Both the position numbers and the translations under genes were made by a program. Below the pieces are notes generated by a model. That model saw only the letters and a list, made by a program, of their open reading frames with translations. It ran no database searches and was not told where the DNA came from. A DNA stretch of 64,000 bases from Cyanobacteria bacterium P01_D01_bin.156 (GTDB lineage: Bacteria > Cyanobacteriota > Cyanobacteriia > Phormidesmidales > Phormidesmidaceae), in assembly GCA_039024555.1 (NCBI GenBank), contig JBCCQQ010000032.1, positions 1-64,000 on the forward strand, given 5' to 3'. This document shows positions 39,292 to 52,129 of the stretch, in pieces. Position 1 is the stretch's first letter. Each line of letters opens with the position of its first letter.

Positions 39292-42111
39292 CTATAGCTC
39301 GCGGTAGACTTGGACTTCATCACCGCCATGATACACGGTAAAGCCTAACTTCTCACACAGGTGTTGCATCGCCCGATTTTCTCTCAAAATTTCTGCAGAG
39401 ATTTTTTGTAGACCTTCAGCGTGACCAATGTCTAGGAGCGACCGCAATAACATAGTGCCCAGTCCTTGTCCGTGATAGCAGTCGCTGACAATCATGCCAA
39501 ACTCAGCCTCGGGGCGACCGTGGAGGCGACTGAGACGAGCAATCCCCACAATCGAACGGTGACCATTCTCATCGGTATGTTCTGCCACTAACGCCATTTC
39601 GCGATCGTAGTCAATAAAACAGATGCGCGTTAGCCGTTCGTGGGCGATCCGTGTCTGTAGTTTGATTAGATGAAAATAGCGAAAATAGATGCTCTCTTCG
39701 GAAAGCGTATGGTGAAAATCCACAACGAGAGGTTCATCCTCTGGTCGAATGGGTCGAATGGTGACCGCTCGACCGTCAGCCATGGCCCACGATTTAATAT
39801 ATTGAGTGGGATAGGGACGAATGGCGGGTTTAGGTAGGGAAGTACTCTCCGAAGCATGGAGCACCACCCGCGCATCCAATGCTAATAGCTGATTTGCAGA
39901 TACGAGTAGCGGATTTATATCGATCTCTTTGATTTGAGGGTAGGTGACGACCAGCTGACTAAATCTAACTAGCAGTTGTTCTAAGGCTGCGAGATCGACG
40001 CTGGGCTGTCCTCGTGAGCCTTTGAGGGCTTTATATACCCGCGTTTGTTCCATCAAACGTCGAGCCAGGGTGGTATTGAGAGGAGGCAGCCCCAGAGCGC
40101 GATCGCGATAAACTTCCACCAGCTGACCGCCGCTACCAAATAACAATACAGGGCCTAACTGGGCATCAATGCTACTCCCCACAATTAACTCATAACCCGT
40201 GAGCGAGACCATAGGCTGTACTGTTACCCCTAAGCAGTCTCCCGGCTGGCCAATCGCCATAATCTCTGCATAGGCGGATCTTACGGCTGCTTCGTCCGTC
40301 AGTTTGAGTTTGACACCGCCCACATCTGTTTTGTGAGTGATGGTGTGGGAGTGGAGCTTTAGTACCACTGGATAGCCGATCTGCTGAGCCCAGCGGACTG
40401 CCTCATCAGCCGATGTCGCCAGCTCAGTGTCAACGGTGGGGATGCCGTAGCCTGTCAGTAATTGTTTCGATTCCCATTCACTCAGCAACGATCGATTTTC
40501 GACTTTAGCCTGGTCTAGCAGCTGCGTGATTGCTCCATTGTCAATGTTGCTTGTGGATGTGAGGCTGGGGGTCTCATAAAGAGCATGAAGATTATCACTG
40601 TAGCGCGCCATTAGGGTAAAAACTTGGGCCGCCGCGTCAGGATAGGGCAGGGTAAAGATGCTGCTCTCATTGAGCCGAGCTTCCCCTTCCCTGACGGCAT
40701 CTGTGCCCATCCAACTAGCTAACAAAGGCATTTTCTTCCACTGATGTACCCGACTTTGCAGTTGTTCTGCTGTTTTAGTGGGGTCGGTCATGGCCTGGGG
40801 GGTTAAAACCACCAAAAGCCCATCGCTGTTTTTCTCTTCGGTTAATACATCAAGCACCGCCCCATATCGTTCCGGTGTAGCATCTCCCAAAATGTCAATG
40901 GGATTCTGATGACTCCAGTGGGGAGGCAGTAATGTATTTAACTGACTGATGGTTTCAGGACTCAGGGCGGCTAGCTCTCCGCCACTTCGAACTAGGGCAT
41001 CGGTGGCGAGCACCCCCGGTCCACCAGCATTTGTGAGAATTGTCAGGCGTTTGCCCCGGGGACGAGGTTGTTTTCCAAGCACTTCAGCTAAGTTAAACAA
41101 CTCATCAATGGTGTTAACTCGCAATACTCCACAGCGTCGGAAGGCGGCATCCAATACTTCGTCGCTGCCAGCCATGGCTCCGGTATGGGACGCTGCTGCC
41201 TGAGCGGCGACCTGAGTCCGTCCTGATTTAATAACAATGATGGGTTTACTCAGGGCGACTTCCCGGGCGGCTGACAGAAAGGATCGGGCATTCCCAATGG
41301 TTTCCATATAAATAACAATGCTGTGGGTCGCTGGATCGTCTCCCAAGTAATAAATCAAATCTCCCCAATCAATATCCAACATAGAACCGATGGATATAAA
41401 AGCACTGAAGCCTACGTTTTCACGTAGGCTCCAGTCTAGGATTGAGGTACATAGGGCGCCGCTTTGACTGATAAAGCCCACACTGCCAGGTCGTGCCATG
41501 GTCCCGGCAAAAGTTGCGTTTAGACCGCTGGTGGGGCACATGAGTCCCAAACAGTTGGGACCCAGTACCCGCATCTGATAACGGTGGGCTATGGCTAAAA
41601 CAGATTTTTCTAGCTCCACCCCCGTAGGCCCAATCTCTCTGAATCCAGCGGAGAGAATGACAACCCCTTTGACCCCCGCTTTTCCACACTGGTCCATTAC
41701 GCTGGGGACTGACTGGGCGGGGATGGCGATAATGGCGAGATCGATGCCCTCTGGTACATCATGTATCGTTGGGTAGGCTTTGATCCCGAGAACATTACTC
41801 CGGGTAGGATGGACTGGAAAAACAGTGCCCCCAAACGAATTGCTAATAAGATTCCATAACAATGTTCGGCCAACACTACCAGGGCGTTCCGTCGCACCGA
41901 TAACGGCTACAGTTTTTGGGGCAAAGAAATGGGAAAGGGGTTGGTAATCGTAGCGCAGAATATCATGGGCCGGGCACCGACGTGAATTACTCACATCATT
42001 AGGTAAAAATGACGTTATGCCTTGGGATGAAGCGTCAGCTATAAGTTTCTCGGAAGATTCACGGACGTTAAATAAAGTCATAATAATGTCCCAAATACGT
42101 CTAAGTTTCAA
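39292..42111 (-). CDS. Bifunctional acetate-CoA ligase (ADP-forming)-like / GNAT acetyltransferase
   Basis: [42 protein letters not shown] and a C-terminal GNAT (GQGLG). Start uncertain (42081 ATG possible). Confidence 0.9.
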   Translation of the reverse strand: MKLRRIWDIIMTLFNVRESSEKLIADASSQGITSFLPNDVSNSRRCPAHDILRYDYQPLSHFFAPKTVAVIGATERPGSVGRTLLWNLISNSFGGTVFPVHPTRSNVLGIKAYPTIHDVPEGIDLAIIAIPAQSVPSVMDQCGKAGVKGVVILSAGFREIGPTGVELEKSVLAIAHRYQMRVLGPNCLGLMCPTSGLNATFAGTMARPGSVGFISQSGALCTSILDWSLRENVGFSAFISIGSMLDIDWGDLIYYLGDDPATHSIVIYMETIGNARSFLSAAREVALSKPIIVIKSGRTQVAAQAAASHTGAMAGSDEVLDAAFRRCGVLRVNTIDELFNLAEVLGKQPRPRGKRLTILTNAGGPGVLATDALVRSGGELAALSPETISQLNTLLPPHWSHQNPIDILGDATPERYGAVLDVLTEEKNSDGLLVVLTPQAMTDPTKTAEQLQSRVHQWKKMPLLASWMGTDAVREGEARLNESSIFTLPYPDAAAQVFTLMARYSDNLHALYETPSLTSTSNIDNGAITQLLDQAKVENRSLLSEWESKQLLTGYGIPTVDTELATSADEAVRWAQQIGYPVVLKLHSHTITHKTDVGGVKLKLTDEAAVRSAYAEIMAIGQPGDCLGVTVQPMVSLTGYELIVGSSIDAQLGPVLLFGSGGQLVEVYRDRALGLPPLNTTLARRLMEQTRVYKALKGSRGQPSVDLAALEQLLVRFSQLVVTYPQIKEIDINPLLVSANQLLALDARVVLHASESTSLPKPAIRPYPTQYIKSWAMADGRAVTIRPIRPEDEPLVVDFHHTLSEESIYFRYFHLIKLQTRIAHERLTRICFIDYDREMALVAEHTDENGHRSIVGIARLSRLHGRPEAEFGMIVSDCYHGQGLGTMLLRSLLDIGHAEGLQKISAEILRENRAMQHLCEKLGFTVYHGGDEVQVYREL

Positions 42112-42860
42112 AGAGATTGAAGCGTGAAACTTATAAGTCGTTTTAAGTGGATTTCTACGGTCTAAAGATGATTCTTTTGCTGTGGTGTATTAACTGCGTT
42201 CTGATCACGTAAAATCACTGGACCATGCTAACTCTCGAAGATTGAAGCCTTTTTGATACCTTCAATCTTGTTGCAATTAAAAGTGTAGCTCGAAAGATTT
42301 TAATGGGCAGCATTTATTTCTTATTCCTTTGGCAGAGGTAATTGACAATACGCAAGTTTCCTGGGTTTGGTAATCCATGTAACGGGTGGAGATATGGCCT
42401 GATGTTTGGAAACACTAGGGTTGTTTATTACGAATGTTTCAATAGGTCATTATGGTTTTCGAAAAGTAACAGACTTGTAGCAATGTTGTCTCTGGTCTCA
42501 AACTTTTCTGCTATATTGAACCCATAAGCAAGATTACTTAGTCGATTTCTGTTAGAAGTTCTTGGATTCTGTAAGACTTTTTTGAAAGTAGTCGAACGAG
42601 ATATATCTTGTGGATCGTCTGAATCAGGTTTGCAACACGACTAATTTAACCAAGGTTTTAATCTCGACAGTTTCAGGATAGTCCACGCTGATAGTTCACT
42701 TTAAAAAGACAAGATATTGAAGAGCTACATCAATACTGGTTTTATAGATTAGGTTCAATTTTTCAAGTGGCATAAGTGTTGTTTTCTGATGTTCTGGGTG
42801 CAGTGGCGACTTTGGTATCTCGTTGCTATTGCCTAATCTTTTTGTCAGGAGAGCATAATC

Positions 42861-45149
42861 ATGACTGTAACAGGTGCAGTTGGCATAAGGGCTAATAATT
42901 CTATTTCGCTGCAAGCTCTTCCCGTTCAGGCTTGGCAGCAGTTTTTGCCAGGAACTTGGGTAAATGAGATTAATGTTCGAGATTTTATTCAAAAGAACTA
43001 TTCTCCCTACGATGGGTGTGGTGACTTCTTGGCTGGGGTTAGCGATCGCACCCAGCAGCTATGGAACCAAGTCACTGATTTGATGAAGCAGGAGCGAGAG
43101 TGCGGCATTTTGGATGCTGATGATCGTTTACCTACAGGGATTACGGCCCATGCTCCCGGATATATTGATCAAACCCTAGAGCAAATTGTGGGGGTGCAAA
43201 CGGATAAGCCCCTCAAGCGAGCAATTATGCCTCTAGGGGGGATTCGAGTGGTCAAAAAATCGCTGGAGGCTTATAACTATCAGCTCGACCCCCAAACATT
43301 AGAGGTGTTTACCAAGTATCGCAAAACCCATAATGATGGGGTGTTTGATGCTTATACCAGTGAAATGAAGCGGGCGCGCCATTCAGGCATTATTACAGGG
43401 TTGCCCGATGCCTATGGCCGAGGACGCATTATTGGGGATTATCGTCGCGTCGCCTTGTACGGTTGCGATCGCTTGATTCTGGATAAACAACAGCAGCTAC
43501 AGTCCCTGGAGCTAGATACGTTAGATGAAGCAGTGATTGGCCAGCGAGAAGAGATCGCTGAACAAATTCGTGCGCTTCAGGAACTTAAGCAAATGGCGCA
43601 GGCCTATGGCTGTGATATTGATAAACCCGCCAGCACCGCTCAGGAAGCGATCCAGTGGACCTACTTTGGGTATCTAGGGGCCATTAAAGAGCAAAATGGT
43701 GCTGCTATGTCCCTCGGCCGTGTCTCTACCTTCTTAGATATTTATATTCAACGGGATCTAGCCCAGGGTACTCTCACCGAGTTGGAAGCCCAAGAGCTCA
43801 TTGATCAGTTTGTTATGAAACTGAGGATGGTAAGGTTTCTCAGGGCTCCCGCCTATAACCAGCTGTTCTCGGGCGATCCGGTCTGGGTGACTGAATCCAT
43901 TGGCGGTATAGGGTTAGATGGTCGTCCTTTAGTTACTAAAACCAGCTTCCGCTGTTTGCAGACGCTCTATAACTTAGGGCCAGCGCCAGAACCCAACCTA
44001 ACTGTGCTGTGGTCAAAACAGTTGCCCCGAGCGTTTAAACAGTTTTGTGCCAAAGTCTCTAGGGACACCAGCTCGATTCAGTACGAAAACGATGACCTTA
44101 TGCGCGCTGAGTATGGAGATGACTATGGCATCGCTTGCTGTGTTTCTGCCATGCCCATCGGTAAACAAATGCAGTTCTTTGGGGCACGGGTCAATCTGGC
44201 CAAGGCGCTGCTCTATGCCATCAATGGCGGTAAGGATGAGAAATCGGGCGAGCAGATAGCCCCCGCCTATGCTCCGGTGGTTGGCGACACCCTAGACTAT
44301 GAGGATGTTGCTGCTAAGTTAGATGTCTTGATGGCTTGGTTGGCCAAGCTCTATGTGAACACCCTCAACGTGATTCACTACATGCACGACAAATACTGCT
44401 ATGAGCGGTTAGAAATGGCCCTCCATGATCGAGATGTCTATCGCACTATGGCCTGTGGTATGGCTGGACTATCGGTCGTTGCCGATTCTCTTTCGGCGAT
44501 TAAGCACGCCCAGGTAACCGTGATTCGCAACGAAGCTGGACTGGCTGTAGACTATGCCATTGAGGGAGATTATCCCGCTTTTGGTAACAATGATGAACGG
44601 GTGGATGAGATTGCGTCGGAGTTAGTGCAGCGATTTATGAATCATATTCGTCAGCACAAGACGTATCGTAATGCGGTCCCTACCCAGTCGATTCTCACCA
44701 TTACGTCCAATGTGGTCTATGGCAAGAAAACAGGCAGCACTCCCGATGGGCGTAAAGCGGGTGAACCCTTTGCCCCTGGTGCAAATCCGATGCATGGGCG
44801 CGATACCCAAGGAGCGATCGCATCCTGTGAATCCGTAGCCCAGCTACCCTACCAGCATGCCCAGGACGGTATTTCCTATACGTTTTCCATTGTGCCCGAT
44901 GCCCTCGGGAAAACCGAGGACGATCAGGTCAACAATTTGGTGGGTCTGTTAGACGGTTACTTCTCCAACACAGGGCAACACATCAATGTGAATGTGCTCA
45001 ACCGGGAAACCTTGTTAGATGCCATGGAGCATCCTGAAAAATATCCTCAGCTAACGATTCGAGTTTCGGGCTACGCAGTGAACTTTATTAAACTTACCCG
45101 TGAGCAACAGTTAGATGTAGTTCATCGGACATTTCACGCGCGGTTTTAG
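42861..45149 (+). CDS. pflB: Pyruvate formate-lyase
   Basis: [16 protein letters not shown] catalytic cysteines and glycyl radical loop RVSGYAV. Confidence 0.97.
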   Translation: MTVTGAVGIRANNSISLQALPVQAWQQFLPGTWVNEINVRDFIQKNYSPYDGCGDFLAGVSDRTQQLWNQVTDLMKQERECGILDADDRLPTGITAHAPGYIDQTLEQIVGVQTDKPLKRAIMPLGGIRVVKKSLEAYNYQLDPQTLEVFTKYRKTHNDGVFDAYTSEMKRARHSGIITGLPDAYGRGRIIGDYRRVALYGCDRLILDKQQQLQSLELDTLDEAVIGQREEIAEQIRALQELKQMAQAYGCDIDKPASTAQEAIQWTYFGYLGAIKEQNGAAMSLGRVSTFLDIYIQRDLAQGTLTELEAQELIDQFVMKLRMVRFLRAPAYNQLFSGDPVWVTESIGGIGLDGRPLVTKTSFRCLQTLYNLGPAPEPNLTVLWSKQLPRAFKQFCAKVSRDTSSIQYENDDLMRAEYGDDYGIACCVSAMPIGKQMQFFGARVNLAKALLYAINGGKDEKSGEQIAPAYAPVVGDTLDYEDVAAKLDVLMAWLAKLYVNTLNVIHYMHDKYCYERLEMALHDRDVYRTMACGMAGLSVVADSLSAIKHAQVTVIRNEAGLAVDYAIEGDYPAFGNNDERVDEIASELVQRFMNHIRQHKTYRNAVPTQSILTITSNVVYGKKTGSTPDGRKAGEPFAPGANPMHGRDTQGAIASCESVAQLPYQHAQDGISYTFSIVPDALGKTEDDQVNNLVGLLDGYFSNTGQHINVNVLNRETLLDAMEHPEKYPQLTIRVSGYAVNFIKLTREQQLDVVHRTFHARF

Positions 45150-45333
45150 TGACGAGACAGTTGCCAATCGGCAACTAACAAGAATGCCTCCTATGGGATG
45201 GTGAATTGGGTGTAAGGGACCTTGTCTAAGGCCAAAATGTTCTTTCCTACACTGAGTCCTTTACACCCTTTCCTAATGACTGCCATTTACCGGCTCTGTG
45301 TGTTCTGTCTAATCGTCTATCTTTCGGTGTTCT

Positions 45334-46092
45334 ATGCTGCGCTCTCCCACTCTTCCCCAATCCTCCTCTATTGGTCGCATTCACTCGATTGAAACCTTTG
45401 GCACCGTGGATGGACCTGGTATTCGGTTTGTTGTCTTTACCCAGGGATGTCCGCTGCGATGTCTCTATTGTCACAATCCTGACTGTCGCTCTGTGGAGGG
45501 AGGGCGCGAGGTGACCGTGGCTGAGATTATGACCGATATTCTGCGTTACCGGTCCTATTTGGAGGCTTCAGGAGGGGGAGTCACCGTCACGGGAGGTGAA
45601 CCCCTAATGCAGCCCGAGTTTGTGGCAGAACTGTTGCGCTCTTGCCAGGCGGCTGGATTACATACAGCCCTGGATACTTCAGGATTCTCTGACCTGGGGG
45701 CCGCTCGGCAGGTATTGCCGTATACCGATCTTGTTTTACTGGATATCAAATCCTTTGATCGAGACCTTTTTCAGCGGGTTACCCATGTTGCTCAAGAACC
45801 CACACTGCGCCTGGCTCACTATCTTAAAGAGATTCAAAAACCAGCCTGGATTCGATTTGTTTTAGTGCCTGGACTCACCGATCCCGAAAACAATGTGGAA
45901 GGACTGGCGCAGTTTGTGGCTACGTTGACTAATGTTGAATGTGTGGAGGTTTTACCGTTCCACCAAATGGGTGCCTACAAATGGGAAGCCCTAGGCTATG
46001 ACTATCCGTTAAAAGAAACAACGCCCCCCAGTCAAGACCAAATTGACCACGTTAAAACGCTATTTCAACAGCACGGCTTAAATGTTCGCTAA
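45334..46092 (+). CDS. pflA: Pyruvate formate-lyase activating enzyme (radical SAM)
   Basis: GTVDGPGIR, CPLRCLYCHNPD and GGEP. Confidence 0.97.
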   Translation: MLRSPTLPQSSSIGRIHSIETFGTVDGPGIRFVVFTQGCPLRCLYCHNPDCRSVEGGREVTVAEIMTDILRYRSYLEASGGGVTVTGGEPLMQPEFVAELLRSCQAAGLHTALDTSGFSDLGAARQVLPYTDLVLLDIKSFDRDLFQRVTHVAQEPTLRLAHYLKEIQKPAWIRFVLVPGLTDPENNVEGLAQFVATLTNVECVEVLPFHQMGAYKWEALGYDYPLKETTPPSQDQIDHVKTLFQQHGLNVR

Positions 46093-46106
46093 AGGATTGT
46101 TGAATT

Positions 46107-48764
46107 ATGACATCACTATCGTCTCCCACTGATGTTCGGGTCAATACCCTAGAGAATTTAGAAGATTTAATTTCATACGTCAAAAAAGCTCAGGAGATCT
46201 ATGCTGGCTTTGATCAGTCCCAGGTAGATGCGATCTTTAAGCAGGCTGCGATCGCAGCGAATAACGCCCGCTTACCCCTAGCCAAACAGGCTGTTGCCGA
46301 AACCGGCATGGGGGTGATCGAAGACAAGGTGATTAAAAATCACTTTGCATCGGAGTATATTTACAACAAATATAAGCATGAAAAGACCTGCGGGGTAATT
46401 TACTCTGATGTTCACTACGGCATTCAAAAAGTAGCCGAACCCATTGGAGTGATTGCGGGGATTGTGCCTACAACCAACCCTACGGCCACTGCTATTTTTA
46501 AGGCGTTGCTGTGTCTCAAGACCCGCAACGCCATTATTTTTTCTCCCCATCCCAGAGCTAAGGCCTGTACCATTGCCGCAGCCAAAGTAGTTCGAGATGC
46601 AGCGGTTAAAGCAGGAGCTCCTGTCGATCTGATCGGCTGGATTGATGAACCCACCCTGGAACTCTCCCAGGCATTGATGCAGCACCCAGATGTTAAATTA
46701 ATTCTTGCCACGGGTGGGCCTGGTATGGTCAAGGCCGCTTATTCCTCGGGGCATCCGTCCTTGGGGGTAGGGGCTGGCAACACCCCGGCGCTGATTGATG
46801 AGACGGCCGATATTCAAATGGCGGTGAGTTCAATCTTGCTAAGTAAGACCTTTGATAATGGCATGATCTGTGCTTCAGAACAGTCTGCCGTAGTGGCTGA
46901 CGAGATCTATGACGAGGTCAAACAGGAATTTATTAAGCGAGGGGCTTATTTTCTCAATTTAGAAGAGCGTGCGCGAGTGGCGCAGCTTTTATTAAAAAAT
47001 GGACGTCTGAATGCGGAGATTGTAGGACAGCCCATTACTCAGCTGGCACAACTGGCTAATTTGGATGTGCCTGAGGGGACCAAGCTACTCATTGCTGAAG
47101 CCAGCGCTATTGGACCAGAAGAGCCATTCTCCTATGAAAAACTCTCGCTGATTTTGGCACTGTACCGAGCATCGGATTTTAGTACCGGAGTGGACCAGGC
47201 AAAACAGCTGGTGAACTTTGCTGGGCGAGGCCATACGTCGGTGCTGTATACCCACCCAGATAATCGCGATCGCATCGTGCAATTTGAAAATGAGTTAGCC
47301 ACATCGCGGGTGCTGATCAACACCCCGTCTTCCCAGGGGGCCATTGGCGACCTGTATAACTTTAAGCTCGATCCATCCCTGACCCTAGGCTGTGGCACCT
47401 GGGGTGGGAATTCGGTGTCTGAGAATGTTGGCGTTCACCATTTACTCAATGTCAAAACCGTAACCGAACGCCGAGAGAATATGCTGTGGTTCCGGGTGCC
47501 GCCTAAAGTATATTTCAAATCGGGCTGTATTCCAGTCGCTCTAGGAGATCTCGCCCACAAGAAGCGGGCCTTTATTGTCACCGATAAGCCCCTATTTAAT
47601 ATGGGCTTTACCAAAGAGATTACCGATACCCTGGAAACTCTAGGCATTGAGCATCACACCTTTTTTGATGTGGAACCCGATCCCTCCCTGTCGACGGTGC
47701 AGCGTGGGTTAGCCATTATCAACAACTTCCAACCCGATGTGATTATTGCTTTAGGCGGTGGTTCTCCCATGGATGCTGCCAAGGTGATGTGGCTGATGTA
47801 TGAACACCCCGAGGTGGAGTTTGAAGGCCTGGCTATGCGATTTATGGATATCCGCAAACGGGTCTATGAGCTGCCGCCCCTAGGTGAAAAAGCAATTCTC
47901 GTGGCGATTCCCACTACTTCTGGTACCGGTTCCGAGGTCACTCCCTTTGCGGTGGTTACCGACGACCGCGAGGGGATTAAATATCCTCTGGCGGACTATG
48001 CTCTCACCCCCACCATGGCCATCATTGATCCAGAGCTGGTGCGGCATATGCCCAAAAAACTCACGGCCTACGGTGGTATTGATGCCCTCACCCACGCCTT
48101 AGAAGCCTATGTGTCTGTGCTGGCTACTGAGTTTACCGATGGGTTAGCCCTTGAAGCCATTGGGTTGTTGGTGAAATATCTCCCCCGAGCTTACAACAAC
48201 GGCCCCAACGATCCAGAAGCGAGAGAGAAGGTGCACTACGCCGCTACCATTGCCGGTATGGCCTTTGCCAATGCCTTTCTCGGCATCTGTCACTCCCTCG
48301 CCCACAAGCTGGGCTCTACATTCCATGTGCCCCACGGTTTGGCCAATGCGCTCATGATCTCCCATGTGGTTCGTTATAACGCCACGGATGCGCCCTTTAA
48401 GCAGGCGATTTTTCCCCAGTATGAGTACCCTCAGGCGAAGGCACGGTACGCTGCGATCGCAGATTCACTCCACCTCGGGGGCAACACCGATGATGACAAA
48501 GTGGATCGCTTAATTAAAGCCATTGAGTCGCTGAAGCAGCAGGTCGATATTCCTGGTAGTCTGCGAGAGGTGTTAAGTGAGGATGAACACACCTTCTTTG
48601 AACACTTGGATCTCATGGCCGAACAAGCCTTTGACGACCAGTGCACAGGGGCCAATCCCCGCTATCCACTGATTCAGGACCTCAAGGCACTCTATATTGC
48701 CTCCTACCGTGAGGGGGTAACCGTGCCGCTGTCTGCAGTTGCGATGGAGGAGGTCGCCCACTAA
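46107..48764 (+). CDS. adhE: Bifunctional acetaldehyde-CoA/alcohol dehydrogenase
   Basis: PTTNPT, FDNGMICASEQ, LGCGTWGGNS linker, GGGSPMD and PTTSGTGSE. Confidence 0.97.
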   Translation: MTSLSSPTDVRVNTLENLEDLISYVKKAQEIYAGFDQSQVDAIFKQAAIAANNARLPLAKQAVAETGMGVIEDKVIKNHFASEYIYNKYKHEKTCGVIYSDVHYGIQKVAEPIGVIAGIVPTTNPTATAIFKALLCLKTRNAIIFSPHPRAKACTIAAAKVVRDAAVKAGAPVDLIGWIDEPTLELSQALMQHPDVKLILATGGPGMVKAAYSSGHPSLGVGAGNTPALIDETADIQMAVSSILLSKTFDNGMICASEQSAVVADEIYDEVKQEFIKRGAYFLNLEERARVAQLLLKNGRLNAEIVGQPITQLAQLANLDVPEGTKLLIAEASAIGPEEPFSYEKLSLILALYRASDFSTGVDQAKQLVNFAGRGHTSVLYTHPDNRDRIVQFENELATSRVLINTPSSQGAIGDLYNFKLDPSLTLGCGTWGGNSVSENVGVHHLLNVKTVTERRENMLWFRVPPKVYFKSGCIPVALGDLAHKKRAFIVTDKPLFNMGFTKEITDTLETLGIEHHTFFDVEPDPSLSTVQRGLAIINNFQPDVIIALGGGSPMDAAKVMWLMYEHPEVEFEGLAMRFMDIRKRVYELPPLGEKAILVAIPTTSGTGSEVTPFAVVTDDREGIKYPLADYALTPTMAIIDPELVRHMPKKLTAYGGIDALTHALEAYVSVLATEFTDGLALEAIGLLVKYLPRAYNNGPNDPEAREKVHYAATIAGMAFANAFLGICHSLAHKLGSTFHVPHGLANALMISHVVRYNATDAPFKQAIFPQYEYPQAKARYAAIADSLHLGGNTDDDKVDRLIKAIESLKQQVDIPGSLREVLSEDEHTFFEHLDLMAEQAFDDQCTGANPRYPLIQDLKALYIASYREGVTVPLSAVAMEEVAH

Positions 48765-48780
48765 CACTGGAGATCTCAGC

Positions 48781-50883
48781 ATGACCATGGTATTTGCCCC
48801 AGGATTAGACACGACTATCGCTATTCAACCCGGTGATAGCTGTCCCCTGGGGGCAGTGGTCTACAACGACGGCGTTAACTTTTGTCTGTATGCCCGGGGG
48901 GCAACAACGGTAGAGCTTTTGTTATTTGCCACACCGGAGTCTCCCCAGCCCCAAAGGGTGATTCAGCTCGATCCAAATGTTCATCGCACATTTCACTACT
49001 GGCATGTGTGGGTGATGGGTGTGGGGGTAGGTCAGGTTTATGGATATCGGGTAGACGGTTCCTACAACCCAGATAGTGGCCAGCGCTTTGACCCCGACAA
49101 AGTGCTTCTAGATCCCTATGCTAGAGCAGTAGTAGGGTGGCAAGCCTATTCTCGTCAGGCCGCCGTCAACCGTGGTGACAACTGTGCCCAGTCGCTGCGG
49201 GCAGTTGTTGTAGAGCCAAGCCAATACGACTGGGAAGACGATGCTCACCCTGCGATTCCCTATGCTGCTACGGTGATTTACGAACTCCATGTGGCCGGAT
49301 TTACCCAGCATCAAAGCTCTGGATTACCGCAGGACAAACGCGGCACCTATGCAGGACTGATAGAAAAAATTCCCTACCTACAGTCCCTTGGCGTAACAGC
49401 GGTTGAGCTGATGCCGGTACAACAATTTGACCCCAGCGATGCGCCACCGGGACAGATTAACTACTGGGGCTATAGTCCAGTGGCCTTTTTTGCCCCCCAC
49501 CGCCAGTACAGCTATCGCCAGGATGAGATCGGACCGGTGGATGAATTTAGGGATCTGGTGAAAGCGCTGCACCGAGCCGGTATTGAGGTCATCTTAGATG
49601 TGGTGTTTAACCACACGACCGAGGGAGATCATCAGGGGCCTACGCTATCCCTGCGGGGATTAAGCAACGAGTCGTATTACATTCTTGAAGAGAATAAGGC
49701 TTACTACAAAAACTACAGTGGCTGCGGCAATACGGTCAAAACCAGTGCCATTAGTGGCTATTTAATTCTGGACTGCCTGCGCTATTGGGTTTCAGAAATG
49801 CATGTGGATGGCTTTCGTTTTGATCTGGCCTCTGTGCTATCTCGCGATCCGACGGGTCAACCCTCAGACCATCCGCCAATTTTATGGATGATCAACACCG
49901 ATCCTGTCCTGGCGGGAACAAAAATTATCGCAGAAGCCTGGGATGCGGCAGGTCTGTACCAGGTGGGACATTTTGCCGGGGAACGATTTGCTGAGTGGAA
50001 TGGTCCCTACCGCGATGACATACGACGCTTTGTTCGAGGAGATAGTGGAGTCATTCAGTCCCTAGCGACGCGTATTGTGGGCAGTCCCGATCTCTTCTAC
50101 ACTCAGTCACGAGGACCCAACTACAGCGTTCATTTTATAACCTGTCACGATGGCTTTACGCTCCACGATCTGGTCAGCTACAACCATAAGCATAATCTCA
50201 GCAATGGTGAAAATAACCGGGATGGAACAGATGCTAACTGGAGCTGGAACTGTGGGACGGAAGGACCAACGGACGATCCGGTTATTCAGTCATTGCGAAT
50301 CAAGCAAGCTAAAAATTTCTTCACCCTGTGGGCCATGTCCCAGGGAACACCCATGATGCTAATGGGTGACGAGGTATTGCGCTCTCAACAGGGAAACAAT
50401 AACGCGTATTGTCAAAGTAGTGAAATCAGCTGGTTTAACTGGGAGGTTGTGGGTCTCCAAAATCCATTTCTTCAATTTGTGCAACAGCTAATAGCCTTTA
50501 TTCAGTCCCTAGAAGTTTTTAAGCACGACTATCCGCTGAGGGTGACACATCAGCCTATTTTAGAACCCACTATCGCCTGGCATGGGATTAGGCTAGGAGA
50601 ACCCGACTGGAGTTATGATTCTCACAGTTTGGCCTACACACTGGCGTATCGAAAATATGATGAGCTACTCCATGTGATGCTCAATGCTTTTCACAGGCCC
50701 CTAGTCTTTGAACTACCGACTTTACCCGAGGGACAATATTGGCAACGCATCATTGACACCGATTTAGCGGTTCCCCATGACTTTTGTGCCATTGAGATGG
50801 CTCCTAAGATTGAAGCCTCGTCTTATCAGGTGGCACCGTACTCATCTGTTGTTCTAAAGCAATGCTCAAGCCTGAAGACATAA
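48781..50883 (+). CDS. glgX: Glycogen debranching enzyme (isoamylase, GH13)
   Basis: NYWGYSP, DVVFNHT, DGFRFDLA, AEAWD and CHDGFTL. ATG at 48781 preferred. Confidence 0.93.
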   Translation: MTMVFAPGLDTTIAIQPGDSCPLGAVVYNDGVNFCLYARGATTVELLLFATPESPQPQRVIQLDPNVHRTFHYWHVWVMGVGVGQVYGYRVDGSYNPDSGQRFDPDKVLLDPYARAVVGWQAYSRQAAVNRGDNCAQSLRAVVVEPSQYDWEDDAHPAIPYAATVIYELHVAGFTQHQSSGLPQDKRGTYAGLIEKIPYLQSLGVTAVELMPVQQFDPSDAPPGQINYWGYSPVAFFAPHRQYSYRQDEIGPVDEFRDLVKALHRAGIEVILDVVFNHTTEGDHQGPTLSLRGLSNESYYILEENKAYYKNYSGCGNTVKTSAISGYLILDCLRYWVSEMHVDGFRFDLASVLSRDPTGQPSDHPPILWMINTDPVLAGTKIIAEAWDAAGLYQVGHFAGERFAEWNGPYRDDIRRFVRGDSGVIQSLATRIVGSPDLFYTQSRGPNYSVHFITCHDGFTLHDLVSYNHKHNLSNGENNRDGTDANWSWNCGTEGPTDDPVIQSLRIKQAKNFFTLWAMSQGTPMMLMGDEVLRSQQGNNNAYCQSSEISWFNWEVVGLQNPFLQFVQQLIAFIQSLEVFKHDYPLRVTHQPILEPTIAWHGIRLGEPDWSYDSHSLAYTLAYRKYDELLHVMLNAFHRPLVFELPTLPEGQYWQRIIDTDLAVPHDFCAIEMAPKIEASSYQVAPYSSVVLKQCSSLKT

Positions 50884-50901
50884 TTTTGAAACACGTAGGT
50901 T

Positions 50902-51804
50902 CTAGAAGCACGTGTAGCGATCGCGACCCTGGTGTTTTGCTTCATATAATGCCTGATCGGCGCGATCTATCAGCATAGTCCACGTATTGGTGTCGTTAGG
51001 AACGATACTGGCAATGCCAAGACTAACAGATACTATGGAACTGACATCAGATTGAGCATGGGGAATCGCTAGTGCTTTAATTGCTTGCTGAAGCTTTTTG
51101 GCAAGCTCAGTTGCCTCTAACTCACTGGTGGCTGGCAACACGATAGCAAACTCTTCTCCCCCATAGCGAGCAATAAAATTAGCTGATCCTTGAAGAGTCT
51201 CTTGTGCGACTTGGGCAATTTTCTGTAAACACTCATCTCCAGAAAGATGACCATAATAGTCGTTGTAACGCTTAAAATAGTCCACATCGAATAAAATGAC
51301 AGACAGAGAATAGTCATCTTGCTGCAGCTTTTGCCACTCTTTCTGAATCTGTTGCTCAAGAAACCGACGATTCTTTACTTGGGTTAACTCGTCAATCGTT
51401 GCGAGCTTGTATAACTCTTCATTCTCCCTTGTCAGGTATTTTTCGATAAATACTTGTTCCTGGAGATTTTGGCGTAGTTGTTGATTAGCTTGTTCGAGCT
51501 CAATATTTTGAACATTGGTATGTCTTGTTCCACTATGAAAATGATTGTGCAGGGCTTGCCTGAGCGCTAAATATAGGCTGAATGTTAGCAGACACAGCCA
51601 ATAGAGCTCTTTCCCAACAGCCACATAGCTGCCATTTTGAAGGGAAGGAAAAAGCTCCAATAAGATATAGGCAGTTGTAAAGCCTACAACAATTAAGCTA
51701 GTGCGAGATTCTGAACGTTCCCATCGCCTTGTGATAAAAGCTTGGCATATACGCTGTAGGTCAAGCAAAAAATAAACTGGGAGTTGTTCCACTTTACTAA
51801 TCAT
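50902..51804 (-). CDS. Membrane-anchored diguanylate cyclase
   Basis: DELTQVKNRR, DVDYFKRYND.YGH..GD and RYGGEEF. Confidence 0.92.
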   Translation of the reverse strand: MISKVEQLPVYFLLDLQRICQAFITRRWERSESRTSLIVVGFTTAYILLELFPSLQNGSYVAVGKELYWLCLLTFSLYLALRQALHNHFHSGTRHTNVQNIELEQANQQLRQNLQEQVFIEKYLTRENEELYKLATIDELTQVKNRRFLEQQIQKEWQKLQQDDYSLSVILFDVDYFKRYNDYYGHLSGDECLQKIAQVAQETLQGSANFIARYGGEEFAIVLPATSELEATELAKKLQQAIKALAIPHAQSDVSSIVSVSLGIASIVPNDTNTWTMLIDRADQALYEAKHQGRDRYTCF

Positions 51805-52129
51805 TGTCGCACTTCTTGGTGTTTGAACTTACTACAAAATGGATGAAGAGATTCCTTAAGGATTTTCAAAAGAATTGCCAACAACTTTGGCTTGATTGCC
51901 AGGGCATAAACAATTATTCACCCTGGGTCTACTCTTAAAAAGAGTGGAGAGTACTAATGAGTGTTTCTTGTTAGATCTGATGGTTATGTGCAGCAGACCT
52001 TAAGACGGATGCTTTTCCCCCATTGTGATTGTGCAGGATACCTCTTGAGATATGCGTAGAATCCCATTGAATCTCTAGTTGAGTGGGGCACAAAAAATGA
52101 GGGGAGACAATCAAATACCATTGACATAA

